Made by a program: the position numbers and the translations under genes. Positions 60,039-64,000 of a stretch of DNA of 64,000 nucleotides are shown one piece after another. Origin of the DNA: an uncultured Acidobacteriota bacterium. Lineage in GTDB: Bacteria > Acidobacteriota > Terriglobia > UBA7540. The stretch lies in assembly GCA_963804995.1 (NCBI GenBank), contig CAWDSK010000009.1, positions 326,168 through 390,167 on the forward strand, given 5' to 3'. Under the pieces are notes generated by a model. It saw nothing but the letters and a program-made list of their open reading frames with translations, had not been told where the DNA came from and searched no databases. The stretch's first letter is position 1, and every line of letters begins with the position of its first letter.

Positions 60039-61925
60039 CTACAAGACAGGCATGAGCTGCGCGACGGCCCGGTGGGCCTCCTGGATGGAGAGATGGTGCC
60101 CATTGCCGCCGGTAAGGTCCGTGTGCGCGAAGGCAATCCTGCCAAACGGCGCATTGCGCAGGATATCGCGGGGCGCGGGTTTGCCGTCTTTGCCGTATTC
60201 AAATCCCGGCTGGGGAACGATGAAATGGTGCCCCCAACGGTTCAGGATGATGCCGGCAATATCCCGCCGCGCGTCAAATCCTGAGCTCGCAAACATGTCG
60301 GTAAACTGCTCGCGCACTTTTCGTTCGAAATCACGAAATGAGGTGGAGAGCAGTTCCGCGCGGCCTTTGCTGCACTGTTCGGCCACCGGCAAGCCCGGGT
60401 AGAAGAAAGGCGCGATGAGGGACAGGACGGTGGGCGAGTCCGGCCCGATGGTGGGCGAGTCGGGGCCAAAGGTGGCGGTGGTTCGCACTTCTGTCCAGAA
60501 GCCGAACCCCTCGAACCAGCGTCCGCCGGAAAGGCCCAGTTTGTGGAGAAACCGCCAGTTGCGCACCGCCACGTTTGCCACGATAGCCGCCGAGTAGATG
60601 AATTGGTCATAGGCGTCGCGGTGTGCGGGCGGCAGGTCCCTTACCACGTGTTTGGTAATCCAGCCGCCGCCCGCCATCACTACCGCGCGCGCCTTCAGTC
60701 GATACACTTTGCCGTTGCGCGTGTACATGACGCGGACATACGAGGATTTTTCCGGCGCGCCTTCATGCTCAACCCGCACGGCTGTTGACCGCAGGCGGAT
60801 GCGCACCTGATTTGCAGGGCGATCCAGCGTGGCAAAGTTGATGCGGTTCCGGCAAACCGCTTCGAGGGTGCGGGGGCCGGAGATGGAGTCCGGTATAAGC
60901 GTCTTCACGATGTGCCGCGTGAAGCCCGTGTTTCCGCCGGGGAAACTGTGCTGCAAGATTTCAGGGCCGGGGCCAAACACCCGGTAATGGGTGCCGGAAA
61001 GAGCATCAGCGCCCACGCCCGTGGCGGCGCCTAAATGGGGAGCAACAAACATGCGGATAAATTCGCGGCTCAGGCCGTACCGCTCCCGGAGCACATCCTC
61101 GGCAGTGAGCGTATCGAGGCGGCGCAACTCCCCTTCCGTGTCATGCGGGGGTGATTTGTGATACTCGATGACCGTCTTCAGGTATTTCGCGAAATCCGAT
61201 CGCAGTTGAGGGGATAAGGGAGCGCGCTCCAGGTTGTGCCAGGGATCAACGATCCACTTTCCCGGCCGCTGGCCGAATTTCTCTCCGAACCAGAACCCGA
61301 AGTTGGGGGGCGGAGGCAACGTCCGCGCATGGTGATAGCTGTTGCGGCTCAACTCCATCGCCGGAGGGGGGCCGCCCCACTCTTGGTATTTGAAATCGCG
61401 CCAGTTCACTCCAATGCGCGCATAGAAGGGGTCAATCAGCGGCGAAGGGGGCGGCATCTGGAACCAGTTCGACCCTTGGGGCACCAGCAGGCGGTGGCCA
61501 TCGACCACGAATTCGTTCCGCCGCGCCTGGCCGCCGAAGACGGGGTGGTTCTCAAGCACTAAACAAGTCTGCTTGGGCTTGGCCTGGTCTTGGAAGTAGA
61601 CCGCTGCCGCCAAGCCGCTGACGCCTCCACCCACGACGACCAGGTCGAAGACTTCGCCGGTGTCGACGACCGACGCCGAGGGAGAATCGAAGACCCCATC
61701 CCGCACGGAATGCCCCGCGAGCATCACATCTTCGGTGTTGCCGTTCGCGCCCGCGTAGTCGCCCTCCCCGGTATATCCTCCCCAGTCCGGCTGCTGCCCG
61801 AGGAGTTGAAGGGGGGTCAGGGATTTAAGCAGCACGCTTCCGGAAGCCAGCAGGGCAGAGTTCAGGAAGTCACGCCGACAAATCCGCGCGTTCATGCCTA
61901 ACGATTTGTCGTCTAGATGCGCCAC
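60039..61925 (-). CDS. FAD-dependent oxidoreductase (spermidine dehydrogenase-like) with Tat motif
   Basis: RRDFL, VVGGGVSGLAAA, FPGGN, NRWGH and GRIAFAH motifs. Confidence 0.88.
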   Translation of the reverse strand: MAHLDDKSLGMNARICRRDFLNSALLASGSVLLKSLTPLQLLGQQPDWGGYTGEGDYAGANGNTEDVMLAGHSVRDGVFDSPSASVVDTGEVFDLVVVGGGVSGLAAAVYFQDQAKPKQTCLVLENHPVFGGQARRNEFVVDGHRLLVPQGSNWFQMPPPSPLIDPFYARIGVNWRDFKYQEWGGPPPAMELSRNSYHHARTLPPPPNFGFWFGEKFGQRPGKWIVDPWHNLERAPLSPQLRSDFAKYLKTVIEYHKSPPHDTEGELRRLDTLTAEDVLRERYGLSREFIRMFVAPHLGAATGVGADALSGTHYRVFGPGPEILQHSFPGGNTGFTRHIVKTLIPDSISGPRTLEAVCRNRINFATLDRPANQVRIRLRSTAVRVEHEGAPEKSSYVRVMYTRNGKVYRLKARAVVMAGGGWITKHVVRDLPPAHRDAYDQFIYSAAIVANVAVRNWRFLHKLGLSGGRWFEGFGFWTEVRTTATFGPDSPTIGPDSPTVLSLIAPFFYPGLPVAEQCSKGRAELLSTSFRDFERKVREQFTDMFASSGFDARRDIAGIILNRWGHHFIVPQPGFEYGKDGKPAPRDILRNAPFGRIAFAHTDLTGGNGHHLSIQEAHRAVAQLMPVL

Positions 61926-61947
61926 CTTCTCCTCAATATGTTCCTTC

Positions 61948-62052
61948 GTGACCCCTCACCCGCCCCGCCTCCCGATAGAATGCACCGGGACGGCGGTCCA
62001 CCCTCTTCCGCCGCGGCGGATCTGCGACCCCTCGGAGAGGGCTATGCATTCA
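61948..62052 (-). repeat. Family B repeat
   Basis: ACCCCTCACCCGCCCCG...GCGGTCCACCCTCT...CCCCTCGGAGAGGGCTA. Confidence 0.8.
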
Positions 62053-62084
62053 AATCAATGTGAACGACAGGGCCGGGGTTGGCG

Positions 62085-63997
62085 GTTGCGGTAGGGATAC
62101 CGGTTACCCGGTACCCCCCGCACGGATCCGTACGTGCGCTGGTTAGCGCATACGGCTCTTATCTCGGATGTGTGGCGGCGAACCGTTGGGATGGCCAAGG
62201 ATGCACAACGTGCGGAGCAGGCAACCAGCAGGCCGCAAGCTTCCCCAGTCGGTCCCAGTTGAGGCGGTGGCGTTGACTGCGTTGACGCAGTTGTGTTCGC
62301 CACAGTCGGGTCAACCGTTCCCGAAAGATTCGCAGGCGGTCGAGGTTTCCCGGTACCGCGTGATAGTTGAAGTAGCCTTGCACGACCGACCGGAGCCATT
62401 TACCCGTATCCGCGATGGGATCGTGCCGACGCTGCCGGAGTTGTTGCTTGAGTTCCTGCAACTTCCCCCGCAGGCGCTTGCTGATCGTCTTCCGCTTCAC
62501 GGTAAATTGCCCCCTCCGGTTCTTCCCGCTGATATGCGTGAAGCCCAGAAAGTCGAACGTCTCCGGCTTACCTTCTCCTCTCCGTTTCCGGTAAAGTTCG
62601 GCAAACGGCCCGAACTCGATCCGGCGCGTTTTGTCAGGATGCAGTTCCAATCCAAACTTCCCCACCCGCTCCCGGAAATCCTCCAGAAAGCGGTCGGCTT
62701 CCGTCTGCGATTGGAATCCAAGGACCGTATCGTCGGCATACCGCACCACGACCACGTCTCCCCGGGCGTGCTTCTTGCGCCACGCCTGCACCCACAGGTC
62801 AAAGACGTAGTGCAGATAGATATTCGCCAGCAGGGGCGAGACCACCGCCCCTTGTGGCGTACCCATCTCCGTCTCCGACCATTCGCCTTCCTCCCTCACC
62901 CCGGCTTTCAGCCATTTCTGGATGAGCCGGAGAATCCGGGGGTCGGCGACGCGATGCTGCACGAACTTGAGCATCCATTCGTGGGATATCGAATCGAAAA
63001 ATCCACGAATGTCCGCGTCAAGAACGTAGTTCACGTGCTTCACCGTGAGCGCGTACGAGAGCGCGTCCAGCGCTTGATGCTGGCTGCATCCCGGTCGAAA
63101 GCCATACGAGAAGCCCAGAAAGTCTTCCTCGTAAATCGCCTTGAGGATGGTGACCACGGCCTGTTGGACGATCTTGTCCTCCAGTGCCGCAACCCCCAAC
63201 GGACGTTGCCGCCCGTCGCCTTTCGGGATATACGCCCTTCGCGAGGGCTTCGCTCGGAATGCTCCGCGGTGGACCCGGCTGTGCAGATCGACGAGTCGAC
63301 CTTCCAGCCCGCTTTCATACTCCTGCCACGTCATGCCGTCTACTCCCGGTGCAGCTTTTCGCTTCAAGGCGTAAAAGCTTTCCCGCAGCAGATCGACCGT
63401 TAAGTGGTGGAGCAAGGCCGTGAACTTCATCTCCCTGTGTTCCTTCGCGGCTTTCCGCACACCCGCGAGTCCCTGGGACACGCGTGCCCCGCTCTGTGTC
63501 GGGTGCGTGTTAGGCCAACGGGTGTTCTCCTTGATCAGCGGCCTTCCCTCCTCATTCTCCGCCAACGGCTTCCCGTCTTTGTTCAAATGATTCATCGGTA
63601 CTGTTCCGCTGTCCGACTCCTCGAGAGCGTGCAGGCGGGCTGTACGGCCATCGCCTTTTCCCGCCGTCCGGCCACGATCTACGGCGGCCGGCGCCTCCGA
63701 GGTCTCCCGGTTCTCGTGCAGAAAGTGTCTAGGCGTGTCTGGGGTCTACGACTACGCAGGACTGTGCCGGAACTCGCGTTGGCGTCCCGGCCTCATGTTG
63801 CCTTCCGTTTAGTCTGAAAACGTCGGCGTCCTGATTGGACATTTTCGAAGCTCAATACCCAGCCCACCTATTCCCCTGTTTACGCTTCACCGTGCGCCTC
63901 ACGACGCCCAGCGCAAAACTCGGGGCCGAGTGGATCGCTGCTCCTTCCTCGTGAGAAATTTTCATTCTCTGCTTTCTGCCGGTTTATCCCGGCGCAC
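62085..63997 (-). mobile_element. Complete group II intron (~1.9 kb)
   Basis: 5' GTGCG at 63997; domain V GAGCCGTATGCG...CGCACGTACGGATC; domain VI ending CCCTACCGCAAC at 62085. Confidence 0.92.
62159..63595 (-). CDS. ltrA: Group II intron reverse transcriptase/maturase, no endonuclease domain
   Basis: APGVDG, RPLG, SYGFRP, GTPQG, RYADD and FDFLGF motifs; domain X GYFNY. Confidence 0.96.
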   Translation of the reverse strand: MNHLNKDGKPLAENEEGRPLIKENTRWPNTHPTQSGARVSQGLAGVRKAAKEHREMKFTALLHHLTVDLLRESFYALKRKAAPGVDGMTWQEYESGLEGRLVDLHSRVHRGAFRAKPSRRAYIPKGDGRQRPLGVAALEDKIVQQAVVTILKAIYEEDFLGFSYGFRPGCSQHQALDALSYALTVKHVNYVLDADIRGFFDSISHEWMLKFVQHRVADPRILRLIQKWLKAGVREEGEWSETEMGTPQGAVVSPLLANIYLHYVFDLWVQAWRKKHARGDVVVVRYADDTVLGFQSQTEADRFLEDFRERVGKFGLELHPDKTRRIEFGPFAELYRKRRGEGKPETFDFLGFTHISGKNRRGQFTVKRKTISKRLRGKLQELKQQLRQRRHDPIADTGKWLRSVVQGYFNYHAVPGNLDRLRIFRERLTRLWRTQLRQRSQRHRLNWDRLGKLAACWLPAPHVVHPWPSQRFAATHPR

Positions 63998-64000
63998 CAG

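Noticed and set aside
62168..63403. 411-aa plus-strand ORF and other long antisense ORFs (8338-9534, 38137-39396, 41778-43211, 54099-55322)
   Set aside because: They are shadows of well-supported genes on the opposite strand in GC-rich DNA and carry no motifs.
62159..63595. Retron, DGR or defence RT
   Set aside because: It has a maturase domain and sits inside a canonical group II intron with GTGCG, domain V and domain VI.

Overview
GC-rich bacterial chromosomal window. The Oar-type TonB-dependent receptors, the FG-GAP/ASPIC protein and the gene style suggest Acidobacteriota (inference). The left part (1-24 kb) holds housekeeping and envelope genes: a TPR/FG-GAP/ASPIC protein, M20 peptidase, NUDIX, LOG, TonB receptor, GT2, pcm, ThiF/MoeB, a spermidine-synthase-like membrane protein, a BNR sialidase, an OPT transporter and YqeY. 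tRNA-Arg(ACG) and a tyrosine-integrase remnant follow. Next is a ~37-kb carbohydrate/amide catabolic cluster: TonB receptor, four GH36/27-like glycosidases plus a deleted fifth, GH59, GH30-like, esterase, Ntn acylase, C-N hydrolase, SIS, enolase, SDR, PIG-L and others. A complete group II intron ends the window. The most notable non-annotated signals are: (1) a ~230-nt promoter-to-terminator unit with a 17-nt perfect complement of the 16S rRNA 3' end, a 13-codon ORF and a multibranch structure; (2) a shared promoter/operator motif in the sugar cluster; (3) a 91-bp MITE with an 8-bp TSD; (4) a decayed TA module and RAYT fragment between 230-bp direct repeats; (5) modular REP-like families; (6) five single-base frameshifts that may be assembly errors.
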